A DNA stretch of 64,000 bases, from positions 39,910 through 103,909 of the IMG/VR virus record IMGVR_UViG_3300044825_002278; one strand, written 5' to 3'. The position numbers and the translations under genes were made by a program. Of this stretch, positions 1 through 8,566 are shown one piece after another; position 1 is the stretch's first letter, and each line of letters opens with the position of its first letter. A model generated the notes under the pieces. The model was not told the origin of the DNA. It made no database searches and worked only from the letters and a program-made list of their open reading frames with translations. The stretch comes from a virus.

Positions 1-15
1 ACAAAGGATAAGCAA

Positions 16-69
16 ATGGAAAATAGTGTTGAACTTCTTGGTTATTATTTTTTAAAAAACAACATTTAA
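16..69 (+). pseudogene. Orphan 5' stub of thyX (MENSVELLGYYFLKNNI*), left upstream of the endonuclease insertion
   Basis: AAGGA RBS at 4-8 and ATG at 16. VELLGYY aligns with VELISYW at the start of the intact ThyX at 837. Confidence 0.7.
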
Positions 70-79
70 AGTCAAAATT

Positions 80-90
80 TGTGTATAATA
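80..90 (+). promoter_or_regulatory. Phage promoter-like motif TGTGTATAATA upstream of GIY-YIG/thyX
   Basis: Contains TATAAT; the same motif recurs in intergenic gaps on both strands. Confidence 0.6.
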
Positions 91-91
91 C

Positions 92-186
92 TATGGATAA
101 ATTCGCGGTTATCCATATGTAAACAAAATAACTTTACCCCCCTTTTGTTTGATGCCGCGAACATCTCCAATTGTGGGGGTTTTTTA
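92..186 (+). promoter_or_regulatory. Structured leader RNA: two hairpins with complementary loops and a terminator-like stem
   Basis: TATGGATAA/TTATCCATA stem (92-117) with loop TTCGCGG; GATG-CCGCGAA-CATC (151-165); ACCCCC/GGGGGT stem followed by a T-run. Confidence 0.55.
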
Positions 187-196
187 TTAAAATATT

Positions 197-844
197 ATGA
201 AATCAGGAATATATCAAATAAAAATAAACAATAGTTTTTATATTGGGTCTTCTAAAAATATTCAAAGAAGATACTGGGAACATTTATGGAAATTAAAAAA
301 TAAAAAACATCCAAATATCCATTTACAAAATTTGTATAATAAACATGGAGAAGAAAAATTTGAATTATTTATATTGGAAAGTTGCACAATAAATTGTTTA
401 ATAGAGAGAGAGCAATACTGGATTAATTTATTAAATCCAAATATAAACAAAGCACCAGTTGCTGGTTCAACATTAGGACTAAAATTAACAAATGAACAAT
501 GCAAAAATAGAAGCAAAAATAATATTGGAAGAAAACATTCTCTTGAATCTATCAAAAAAAGAACAGATAAAATAAAAGGTAGAAAATATACAGAAAAACA
601 CAGAGAAAATATATCTAAAAGCAGATTAGGTAAAAAACAAAATCAACAAACAATTAAAAATAGGGCAGAAAAAAATAAAAAACCTATTGCTTGTTATGAT
701 TTAAATTATATATTAATACGAATATACGATTCCGCTAAAACAGCGGCTTTAGAAAACAATTATCATGCAACAAACATAACAAGATGTTGTAAAAATAAAA
801 TTAAAACTTATAAAAACAAGATTTGGAGGTATTGGGATGGTTGA
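197..844 (+). CDS. GIY-YIG homing endonuclease with NUMOD3-like repeats and a C-terminal NUMOD1/HTH-like DNA-binding domain
   Basis: SGIYQI...FYIGSS...RY..H, EREQYWI, GRKHSLES / GRKYTEKHRENIS repeats, YDSAKTAA...NITRCC; very AT-rich. Confidence 0.9.
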   Translation: MKSGIYQIKINNSFYIGSSKNIQRRYWEHLWKLKNKKHPNIHLQNLYNKHGEEKFELFILESCTINCLIEREQYWINLLNPNINKAPVAGSTLGLKLTNEQCKNRSKNNIGRKHSLESIKKRTDKIKGRKYTEKHRENISKSRLGKKQNQQTIKNRAEKNKKPIACYDLNYILIRIYDSAKTAALENNYHATNITRCCKNKIKTYKNKIWRYWDG

Positions 845-1484
845 ACTTATTTCATATTGGGGCAATGATTTAATGATCGTTAACGCCGCTAGAGTATCTT
901 TTGGAAAATATAAAAATAAATTAGACGAGAAAGATAAAAAATTAATTAAATTTCTTAAAGAACATAAACACGTTAGTGTATTTCGTCATCCGCAATTACA
1001 ATTTAGGATCACATGCCCAATTTTTGTAGAAAGACAATTGTTTAAACATCAAGTAGGGATGTCTGCTAATAGTATATCCGGTAGATATGTTGACTTTAGC
1101 GATTCTTATTTTAGTTTTAAAGATGGGGAGTGGCGGAAACAATCAGCGAATTCTAAACAAGGAAGCTCTGGTCCGGTTTTAAATAATCTTCAACATAAAT
1201 GTACAAAAATACAAAATAGCGTAGTAGATATTTGTAAAAACGCATATAATGAATTATTATCTTTAGGCGTTTCAAAAGAACAAGCAAGAACTATACTTCC
1301 GCTATGTTTAAATACAACTTTTATTTGGACAGGTTCTTTATTATCATTTTTACATCTTTGGGAATTAAGATTAAAAGAAGATGCTCAACAGGAAACCAGA
1401 GAAATCGCTGTTAAAATGCTAGAGTTGGTCAAGGGCATCGAAGGCAATCCGTTTAAACATACGCTTGAAGCGTGGGGATATTGA
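837..1484 (+). CDS. thyX: FAD-dependent thymidylate synthase ThyX
   Basis: IVNAARVSF, HKHVSVFRH, RQLFKHQVGMSANSISGRY (RHRx7S-type motif), EQARTILP, LRLKEDAQQETR. Confidence 0.95.
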   Translation: MVELISYWGNDLMIVNAARVSFGKYKNKLDEKDKKLIKFLKEHKHVSVFRHPQLQFRITCPIFVERQLFKHQVGMSANSISGRYVDFSDSYFSFKDGEWRKQSANSKQGSSGPVLNNLQHKCTKIQNSVVDICKNAYNELLSLGVSKEQARTILPLCLNTTFIWTGSLLSFLHLWELRLKEDAQQETREIAVKMLELVKGIEGNPFKHTLEAWGY

Positions 1485-1882
1485 TGAAACTAAGAACTGG
1501 CGCACAGATAAAGAATTTTAGGCACGAGTCTGTGGATCTGTATAAAATTTCAAGAGGGTGCGATATGTGCGGGTATAACAAGCATCCATCTAGTCTTTGC
1601 TTTGATCATTTGCCAGAATATGAAAAATCTCCAGTTACTAAAAATGGTAATAACAACACTTGGATTGGTGGAGGAATGTATAATTTGTACAAAAAACTCT
1701 ATACCATAGATCAACTCATAGACGAAATTAAAAAATGCAGACTTTTGTGTCATAATTGTCATATGGAAACTACATACCCAAACAATAAACGGTATAAAGA
1801 CCAAACCGAGGAAAGAATATTTACTGTGCAAGAACTTGAAAAAAGATTGCGCGATTTTGAAGAAAACTTATTGGAAATATAG
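1484..1882 (+). CDS. HNH-family endonuclease-like protein
   Basis: CDMCG...LCFDH...KCRLLCHNCH; ATG overlaps the thyX stop (TGATG). Confidence 0.75.
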   Translation: MKLRTGAQIKNFRHESVDLYKISRGCDMCGYNKHPSSLCFDHLPEYEKSPVTKNGNNNTWIGGGMYNLYKKLYTIDQLIDEIKKCRLLCHNCHMETTYPNNKRYKDQTEERIFTVQELEKRLRDFEENLLEI

Positions 1883-1889
1883 ATAGAGG

Positions 1890-2552
1890 TTGACAATGCT
1901 AGTAATAGGTGATGTGCATGGAAAATACAATGATTATTATAATCTTGTAAAAGACGAAAAGTCTTCGTTTCAGCTAGGCGATTTTGGCTTTAATAACGCT
2001 TGGATAAATTTAGATTATTCTAGTTTAGATCCAAAAATGCATCGTGTTGGCCAAGGAAATCACGATCCTCACGATGTGCTAAATAAAGATATTAAGTATT
2101 GGACTGGTCGTTATGGGCCGGTTAAAGTTGATGGTCATAATATATTCTGGGTTGGCGGCGCGCTCAGTATCGATATGGTTTACCGTGTTGGCGAATGGAT
2201 GAGTAATCGTAGTGGACCAAAGACTTGGTGGGCAAACGAACAGCTTTCATACGCAGAAATGGAAGATTGTAAAAAGAAGTGGAAAAACAAAAAACCGCAA
2301 ATTGTATTTACCCACACCGCTCCAGAATCAATTATATTGCACAATTTTAATGGCAATAAAGGAGCAAACATAATGGATGCTTACGGATGGGGTTCTGGCT
2401 ACACTGACACAACAAGTCAATTCCTAGAGCATTTGTGGCGTATTCACAAGCCTGATTTGTGGATATTTGGACATTTCCACCGTTCTTGGACTCAAATTAT
2501 TGATGGAACAGAATTCCGATGTTTAGCAGAACTAGAAACTTTCAACTTATAG
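1890..2552 (+). CDS. Calcineurin-like metallophosphoesterase
   Basis: GDVHG, LGDFG, GNHD, THTAP and FGHFH motifs. Confidence 0.9.
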   Translation: MTMLVIGDVHGKYNDYYNLVKDEKSSFQLGDFGFNNAWINLDYSSLDPKMHRVGQGNHDPHDVLNKDIKYWTGRYGPVKVDGHNIFWVGGALSIDMVYRVGEWMSNRSGPKTWWANEQLSYAEMEDCKKKWKNKKPQIVFTHTAPESIILHNFNGNKGANIMDAYGWGSGYTDTTSQFLEHLWRIHKPDLWIFGHFHRSWTQIIDGTEFRCLAELETFNL

Positions 2553-2560
2553 AGGTAATT

Positions 2561-2875
2561 ATGATAAATCCATACGATATAATAAAAAGCATTTTGTCAG
2601 AAGAGGGTTTTTCAAATGAATTATTTTCGGTAAAAATCAAAGATACAATAAATGTAAAAATAGAACAAAAAGACGATAACTTTCTAGTGTCGTTTTTAGA
2701 TAATAAGCCGACAATAAAAGTAAATAAGTATATCTCGCTGTCGTTGACAGTAAAGTCAATCTTGCTCAAAAATAATGGCGGCGTTTTCCAAATTGATTAT
2801 TTCCCAGATATTCCTTTTAAATATAGTTGGATTTTTGGGGAAGATGACCAAGGAGATTCAAATGAATTACGGTGA
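2561..2875 (+). CDS. Hypothetical protein
   Basis: ORF with AGAGG RBS before ATG 2561; operonic. Confidence 0.7.
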   Translation: MINPYDIIKSILSEEGFSNELFSVKIKDTINVKIEQKDDNFLVSFLDNKPTIKVNKYISLSLTVKSILLKNNGGVFQIDYFPDIPFKYSWIFGEDDQGDSNELR

Positions 2876-3170
2876 AGTAATACAAAAAGAGATTAATGAA
2901 AAATACTCAAATAGTCCCCACAGAAAAAAACTAGCTGAAAAATGCTTGGAAAAGGCAAATGAATGGCTAGAAGCCAATAACCCAATTTCGACCAATCAAG
3001 ACAAAAAGAAAATCAAAAAAGAGTGCGCATCTTATATCAAAAAGAATGTTGATACTACAGAAGAAGAGCGGATTTACGGTTCTGTTTTGTTAATGATAAT
3101 TATGGGCGCAGTTGTGTCGTGGCTAATACAAAGATTATTAGACGAAATTTTTGACAAGGAACAAAAATGA
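2862..3170 (+). CDS. Hypothetical protein with one C-terminal hydrophobic segment
   Basis: AAGGAG RBS; SVLLMIIMGAVVSWLI. Confidence 0.7.
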   Translation: MNYGEVIQKEINEKYSNSPHRKKLAEKCLEKANEWLEANNPISTNQDKKKIKKECASYIKKNVDTTEEERIYGSVLLMIIMGAVVSWLIQRLLDEIFDKEQK

Positions 3171-3478
3171 ACGAATTTGAAAATTATGTTGAAAAGGTTA
3201 AGCAGTGGCATCATGATAGAAATTTGATCGACGGAAGTACCGACAAAGATCAAACCCTGAAACTTTTGCAAGAACTTGGAGAATTGTCTGATAGTGTTTG
3301 CAAGGGAAAAGACATACGCGACGATATAGGCGATATGCTTGTAGTTATGATAAATATTATCGAACGCAATAAACTAACGCTTACCGACTGCATATCTAGG
3401 GCTTGGGACGATATTAAGGACAGAAAAGGTCGAATGGTTGATGGTATTTTTATCAAAGAAGACTGTAATTGGCAATAA
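3167..3478 (+). CDS. MazG-like nucleotide pyrophosphohydrolase
   Basis: QWHHDRNL, KLLQELGEL, DDIGDMLVV, AWDDIKDRKGRMVDGIFIKE. Confidence 0.88.
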   Translation: MNEFENYVEKVKQWHHDRNLIDGSTDKDQTLKLLQELGELSDSVCKGKDIRDDIGDMLVVMINIIERNKLTLTDCISRAWDDIKDRKGRMVDGIFIKEDCNWQ

Positions 3479-3529
3479 AAAATGCGTATACTATTTTGTA
3501 GACGTAAACCAAAACATTAAGATAAATAT

Positions 3530-4489
3530 ATGCCAAGTCCATTTCCAATACCCAATGATAGAATTTTTTACGCATGTCAGGCGGTTTTAAGCAATAATAT
3601 ATACCTAGAGGGTGTACAAAGCGTTGGTGTAAATTGGAATTTAACAACCGAAATGTTGCTAGATGTTGGGAAACATAAACAGCAAAAACACCGTTATGGA
3701 AAACCAACTTATACTGTAACAATTTCTAGAGTCTTGCCCAAAAGCGGAAATTTCTTTTTTAGCTCTTCGAGTCACCCGCTAGAATCCGCCGCTATCGGCA
3801 CTGGTCCAAGCCCAAGAACTTGGGATATAGCTCTTCTTTATTCTGCTGATAGTCAGCAATTTGTCAATGGCACGATTTCAAAAATTACATACAATAATTG
3901 TAGATTAACCGCCATTGGATATTCTATAACTGTTGATGGCCCAATCAAAGAAAATATCACTTTTGAATGTAGCTCTTACAGTAAAGTAAATACTTCAATT
4001 GATTTGACTTCTACACTTCCTCAAACTGGCTTTACATTAAAAAGAGAAGATGTTACGTTTACTACCTTGCCGCAGGAAGTTCTTGACGCTTTCAATATTG
4101 GTAACTCTTTAAATGGCAAAACTATTTATGGACTTCAGTCAATTGAAATAAATGTAGAAATAAATTATCGAGATGTGATGGATGTTGGTACTTGGGATGA
4201 TAATTTCTTGCTTGTTGAAATACCCATGAGTGTAACTAGTTCATTTACCGGAATAGTTAGATCTCATTATGACGAAACTCGTCCAAATATAAGCGATGAA
4301 TATTACAACACAAATAGAACAATCAATATCGCTGCAAATGCTGGAGCAACATCGTTTAGATGGAATTTAGGTTCTGATAATTATTTAACTGGTTTCGATT
4401 TCTCTGGTGGAGATACGGAGGGTGGAAATGTAGAAGCTACTCTGAGTTATCAAAATGATAGTAGTGAATTTTACTTTACAAAATCATAA
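3530..4489 (+). CDS. Tail-tube-like virion protein, paralog of 56999..57997
   Basis: Shares NDRIFYACQAV, GxQSVGxN, VDG..E..T and SGGDTxGGN with the major tail protein; preceded by TGCGTATAC motif. Confidence 0.7.
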   Translation: MPSPFPIPNDRIFYACQAVLSNNIYLEGVQSVGVNWNLTTEMLLDVGKHKQQKHRYGKPTYTVTISRVLPKSGNFFFSSSSHPLESAAIGTGPSPRTWDIALLYSADSQQFVNGTISKITYNNCRLTAIGYSITVDGPIKENITFECSSYSKVNTSIDLTSTLPQTGFTLKREDVTFTTLPQEVLDAFNIGNSLNGKTIYGLQSIEINVEINYRDVMDVGTWDDNFLLVEIPMSVTSSFTGIVRSHYDETRPNISDEYYNTNRTINIAANAGATSFRWNLGSDNYLTGFDFSGGDTEGGNVEATLSYQNDSSEFYFTKS

Positions 4490-4509
4490 TTCCGCAAAGG
4501 AAAAAATAA

Positions 4510-5181
4510 ATGGCGAGAAAAAAGCAAGCATCTCAGAAACAACCGATTAGACCATCTCGCAAAACTTTAAAACCAAAAACAAAAAATCAAGAAACATACA
4601 TTATCGCAATGGCAGAATCAGATATAACATTTTGTTCTGGTCCTGCCGGTTCTGGAAAAACTGCCGTTGCAGTTGGATTGGCTTGTGAATACATACTTGC
4701 CAATAAAGTGGAAAAAATAGTTATTACACGCCCAGTTGTAGAGTCGGGCAGAGGATTAGGCTTTTTGCCCGGAACCCTTACTGAGAAAGTTCAACCATAT
4801 CTAATTCCTATAATTGAAGAAATGAAGTTGTACTTAGGAATGGAAACATATAACTCAATGAGAGCAACAAATACAATCGAAATTTGCCCATTAGAATATA
4901 TGCGAGGAAGAAACTTTCATGATACATTCATGATTTTAGATGAAGCGCAAAATGCAACTTTCGAGCAGATAAAAATGTTCTTAACAAGAATAGGAATGAA
5001 TTCTAAGGCTGTGGTCAATGGCGACTTAGATCAAACCGATCTCAGAGGAGATGCCTATGGCGGATTACACGAATGCATGAAATTGTTAGACGATTTAGAA
5101 GGTGTCGCTATTTGTAAATTAGACTATTCAGATATAGTAAGAAACGGCATTATAGCCAAGGTTTTGAATAGACTAAGGTAA
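4510..5181 (+). CDS. phoH: PhoH-like ATPase
   Basis: GPAGSGKT, ITRPVVESG..LGFLPG, YMRGRNF, LDEAQN, LTRIG, GDLDQTD. Confidence 0.95.
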   Translation: MARKKQASQKQPIRPSRKTLKPKTKNQETYIIAMAESDITFCSGPAGSGKTAVAVGLACEYILANKVEKIVITRPVVESGRGLGFLPGTLTEKVQPYLIPIIEEMKLYLGMETYNSMRATNTIEICPLEYMRGRNFHDTFMILDEAQNATFEQIKMFLTRIGMNSKAVVNGDLDQTDLRGDAYGGLHECMKLLDDLEGVAICKLDYSDIVRNGIIAKVLNRLR

Positions 5182-5207
5182 AAACACGCTTTTCTATGTG
5201 TCTTATG

Positions 5208-5248
5208 GGCTGCTTTGTATTACTATAAATACAGCAGCCTTTATTTTT
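5208..5248 (+). terminator. Probable intrinsic terminator after phoH
   Basis: GGCTGC-TT-TGTATT / AATACA-GCAGCC stem followed by TTTATTTTT. Confidence 0.55.
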
Positions 5249-5261
5249 GATAGGATTAAAA

Positions 5262-5615
5262 ATGCCAACTTATGACTTTGAATGCGAGCCGTGTGCGTAT
5301 ATCACGGAAATTAGACAGTCGATAGACAGTCCTAGTATTTTGGAATGTCCAATTTGTAAACAAGAAACCTTGAAAAAGGTATTTATATCAGTGCCTACAA
5401 TGTTTGTTCGTGGCGAACCAACAACGGTTGGGCAACTTGCAGAAAGAAATACTGTTAAGCTTGGTAAGTACGAACTAGAAGCAAGAAAAGAAAACGATAA
5501 ATTACAGAATACAGTTAGTGAAGAAGTTAAGAAAAAAAGAAAAGAACATCGTGCCATTCAATCAATGACTCCAGAGCAACAAGTCAAATATATAAAGACC
5601 GGGGAAATGCCTTGA
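5262..5615 (+). CDS. FmdB-family zinc-ribbon protein
   Basis: MPTYDFECEPC...CPICKQ..LKKVFIS. Confidence 0.85.
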   Translation: MPTYDFECEPCAYITEIRQSIDSPSILECPICKQETLKKVFISVPTMFVRGEPTTVGQLAERNTVKLGKYELEARKENDKLQNTVSEEVKKKRKEHRAIQSMTPEQQVKYIKTGEMP

Positions 5616-5914
5616 GTTCCTACGAATTAAAATTTACAGAACTTTTAAAACAACACAACGAGTCGTTAAAAAAGGAAATAAAAGACGAGCCAAGAAAATC
5701 CTTACCTCATATTGCCGTACTGACTTTTAAAATAGATGTTAGAGAACTCGACAATGATGGTATAATGGGAGAATTTGTTTTAAGCGGGAATGAGCTTAAA
5801 AAATATGGCATGAGCAATAAAGCCCAAATTTTTGTAAAAGGGCAATCGGAAGCAGATTGTATTAAAAAAGTTAAAAACATATTGGAGAATATAGATGCAA
5901 GAGCCAGAAACTGA
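5612..5914 (+). CDS. Hypothetical protein
   Basis: ORF coupled to neighbours. Confidence 0.65.
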   Translation: MSSYELKFTELLKQHNESLKKEIKDEPRKSLPHIAVLTFKIDVRELDNDGIMGEFVLSGNELKKYGMSNKAQIFVKGQSEADCIKKVKNILENIDARARN

Positions 5915-6257
5915 AGCTTTGTTTAGAGAAATGGGAATACCAGATCCTATACAAACAAAAGTTACCTTTATAGGCAAGGGCGGAAAAGAGTGCGACGAAT
6001 ATTCTTCTCTTGCCAAAAAGGTCGAAGTAAAATATAGTGTAAGCGATTTACAGTATCATTACTTTGTTAGGGTTGGACGAGGAGAATTGATAGACCCGTA
6101 CGAGGCTAATTCAAATTTGAGCAGAAAACATATTTCGGAAATGTTTGTTTATAGAAGAGTCAGCGAAAGAATTTTCAATGCCTTTTCTAAATATCTTGAA
6201 ACTAAAAATAGAATACATTTTACAACAGCAAGAAGACTTTTACTATCGGAGAGATAA
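5895..6257 (+). CDS. Hypothetical protein
   Basis: GGAG RBS; operonic ORF. Confidence 0.7.
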   Translation: MQEPETEALFREMGIPDPIQTKVTFIGKGGKECDEYSSLAKKVEVKYSVSDLQYHYFVRVGRGELIDPYEANSNLSRKHISEMFVYRRVSERIFNAFSKYLETKNRIHFTTARRLLLSER

Positions 6258-6258
6258 A

Positions 6259-6570
6259 ATGAAAAAAGGACCGCTTTCAGGCGAAGAAAAAGAGTATATC
6301 AAAAACAATTACCAAGGACTTCAAGTAGAAGCTATGGCTGAAAAACTCGAAAGATCATTATCGATTGTTCAAAAATTCGTTGAGCAACTTCCTCCGATAT
6401 TACCAGATACTAAAGGAAATGCTCAAGATCTTTATGCGCGCAAACCAGAACGTGGAGTTGTCGCATCTACTCAAGCTGCTTCAATGGCGGCAGATGAGTC
6501 AAGAGCAAACAGAGAGTCCAATCCAATTAGTCCAAGATACAACCAATTTATTCATAAAATAAAGAAATGA
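6259..6570 (+). CDS. Hypothetical protein with N-terminal HTH-like segment
   Basis: GGAG RBS before ATG 6259; LSGEEKEYIKNN...VEAMAEKLERSLSIVQKF. Confidence 0.65.
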   Translation: MKKGPLSGEEKEYIKNNYQGLQVEAMAEKLERSLSIVQKFVEQLPPILPDTKGNAQDLYARKPERGVVASTQAASMAADESRANRESNPISPRYNQFIHKIKK

Positions 6571-7088
6571 GAACAGAAGTTTGTACTAACTTTGATGCGT
6601 ACATGCATCATATATGTCATAATAGCATCAACATGAGTTGGACAGCCGATATGCAAAACGGTGTTACAATTTATGGTGATTATGAGCGTCCAGATTATGA
6701 AGATTGCTGGACTAGATTCAAAAAATATTGTGCTGAAAATAAAGTAGTTCCAGTTAGAATAAAACTTTATATGTTTGGCATGAAAGAATTTGTTTTCTTT
6801 GAAGATCCAAGCGGTCTTGATGGTTTTTCAATATGTCGTGGTTGTTCAAGAGATCAGTCGCTGAGTGGAGAATTTAGAGATTTTCAATTTTTGGCAGTGT
6901 CATTATTGAGGGACGAGTGTGATTATATCAATGTTAGAAAGTTTGCTTGGCCAGAAACAGCTTTTGAAGAAGCTGAAAGTATTAGGATGCTAACACAAAA
7001 CAACATTGAAAACATGATATTTAAACATGACTCAGAAAAAGCAAAACACCCAGAAGTTCAGCAGTATCTCAACAGGACAACCGTGTAG
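6567..7088 (+). CDS. Hypothetical protein
   Basis: 173-aa ORF, ATGA-coupled. Confidence 0.7.
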   Translation: MRTEVCTNFDAYMHHICHNSINMSWTADMQNGVTIYGDYERPDYEDCWTRFKKYCAENKVVPVRIKLYMFGMKEFVFFEDPSGLDGFSICRGCSRDQSLSGEFRDFQFLAVSLLRDECDYINVRKFAWPETAFEEAESIRMLTQNNIENMIFKHDSEKAKHPEVQQYLNRTTV

Positions 7089-7497
7089 CGCGGCTCAATA
7101 TATTGCTGAGTTGGTTTGCATACGAAAATCGGAAAAAGAAAACAAAGGAAGCTTGGCTTATAAATTCTGGAACAAAACAGATAACTACGAAATACAAATT
7201 CGTGTAGCAAATAAGTTGATAAACAAATATGGCGAAAGAGCTGTATTACACTATCTAAATAGCCCTAGCGGATCGAATGTATATTCGCTAGGGTTTTTGC
7301 ATAAAAGCAAGAAATTTGTTTTACCATTAGACTTTGTTAAAAAGGGTGTGGAAAAATCAAAAGAAATAACAGATGCCGAAGATGCAAAGCCCAAAAAAAT
7401 AGTCCAGCAACCAACAAGCGAATATAAACAAAAACAATCGTCACCAAATACTAAGAGTTTATTTTTTAAATTGAGGAAAGCAGATGGTAGCAACTAA
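7027..7497 (+). CDS. Hypothetical protein
   Basis: 156-aa ORF immediately upstream of recA. Confidence 0.7.
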   Translation: MTQKKQNTQKFSSISTGQPCSAAQYIAELVCIRKSEKENKGSLAYKFWNKTDNYEIQIRVANKLINKYGERAVLHYLNSPSGSNVYSLGFLHKSKKFVLPLDFVKKGVEKSKEITDAEDAKPKKIVQQPTSEYKQKQSSPNTKSLFFKLRKADGSN

Positions 7498-8566
7498 AAT
7501 TCCAGATTACTTGAAAAAGTCAACTAAAGACTACGGTCAAATTATTAAAAGCGGGTCGGAGGTTTTGCAGGAAAAAAGTAACTACGAAGTTATTTCTGTG
7601 GGTCCAGCGATTGATATTGCTCTTGGAGGCGGAATAAAAGAAGGTAGTTGGGTAACTTTGACGGGAGATCCAAAAAGCGGAAAAACTACAACCGCAATGC
7701 AAATAGCGGCAAACTGCCAAAAGCTAGGTAGAAATATAATTTATATTGACGCGGAAGGAAGATTCAAGGATATGAATTTTCAAGTAGACGGACTTGATCC
7801 AGAAAAGATGCTTATTATGGCTCCAGAAGATAAGCCGATTCCAGCAGAGAAATTTCTTGAATGGGCATACTTGATGATGAGCCATCCAGAAAATTACGGA
7901 GCTGTTTTGATCATTGACTCCATTTCTTCTTTGATTCCAGAAAAAGAACTCGATGGAGATTTTACTGCCGGTCGCGCTGGTCTTCCAAAGGTTTTATCTG
8001 TTTTTACTAAAAAGATAGGACAGCTTTTACCGCGACAACGTGGACTGGTTATTGCTATAACGCATTACATAGCCAATACATCTGGTTTTGGAAAAGCAAA
8101 AATGGCCGATGGTGGAAATAAAATCCAATATCAGGCTGACACTAGAATGGAAATTGCCGGGGGTGGAGAAAACACTCCAGCGGTTAAGTTCTGGGAAGAT
8201 GACGAAGGTAAACGTGTAGGACAAGTTGTGAATTGGAAAATTATTTGTTCTTCTATGGGACCGCCGGGAGGACAAGTCCAAAGCTATATTAGATACGGTC
8301 ATGGAATAGACCGCACACAAGAAATATTAATGCTTGGTTTGGATCTCGGTCTTATCGACAAATCTGGCGCATGGTTTACATGTTCGTTTATTCAATTTTA
8401 TAAAGATATAGCAAAACAAATATTTGCAAACATAGATACAGACAATGAAGAAGAGTTATTTAAAAAGTTTAAATTTCAAGGACAAAATAAACTTTATGAA
8501 TTTTTGAAATCATATCCAATTCTTGTTGACACGCTTGAAGGCATGATAAAAGGAAACTTAAAATGA
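7484..8566 (+). CDS. recA: RecA/UvsX-like recombinase
   Basis: IDIALGGG, Walker A GDPKSGKTT, YIDAE, IIDSISSL, GGNKIQY, YIRYGHGID, GLIDKSGAWF. Confidence 0.92.
   Translation: MVATKIPDYLKKSTKDYGQIIKSGSEVLQEKSNYEVISVGPAIDIALGGGIKEGSWVTLTGDPKSGKTTTAMQIAANCQKLGRNIIYIDAEGRFKDMNFQVDGLDPEKMLIMAPEDKPIPAEKFLEWAYLMMSHPENYGAVLIIDSISSLIPEKELDGDFTAGRAGLPKVLSVFTKKIGQLLPRQRGLVIAITHYIANTSGFGKAKMADGGNKIQYQADTRMEIAGGGENTPAVKFWEDDEGKRVGQVVNWKIICSSMGPPGGQVQSYIRYGHGIDRTQEILMLGLDLGLIDKSGAWFTCSFIQFYKDIAKQIFANIDTDNEEELFKKFKFQGQNKLYEFLKSYPILVDTLEGMIKGNLK

Noticed and set aside
49-860. Group I intron in thyX (joining TAT|...G|GGC would give an in-frame product)
   Set aside because: Only ~145 nt of non-coding sequence is present, no P/Q/R/S core is recognisable, and the downstream ORF already has a complete N-terminus. 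It is not formally excluded without RT-PCR.
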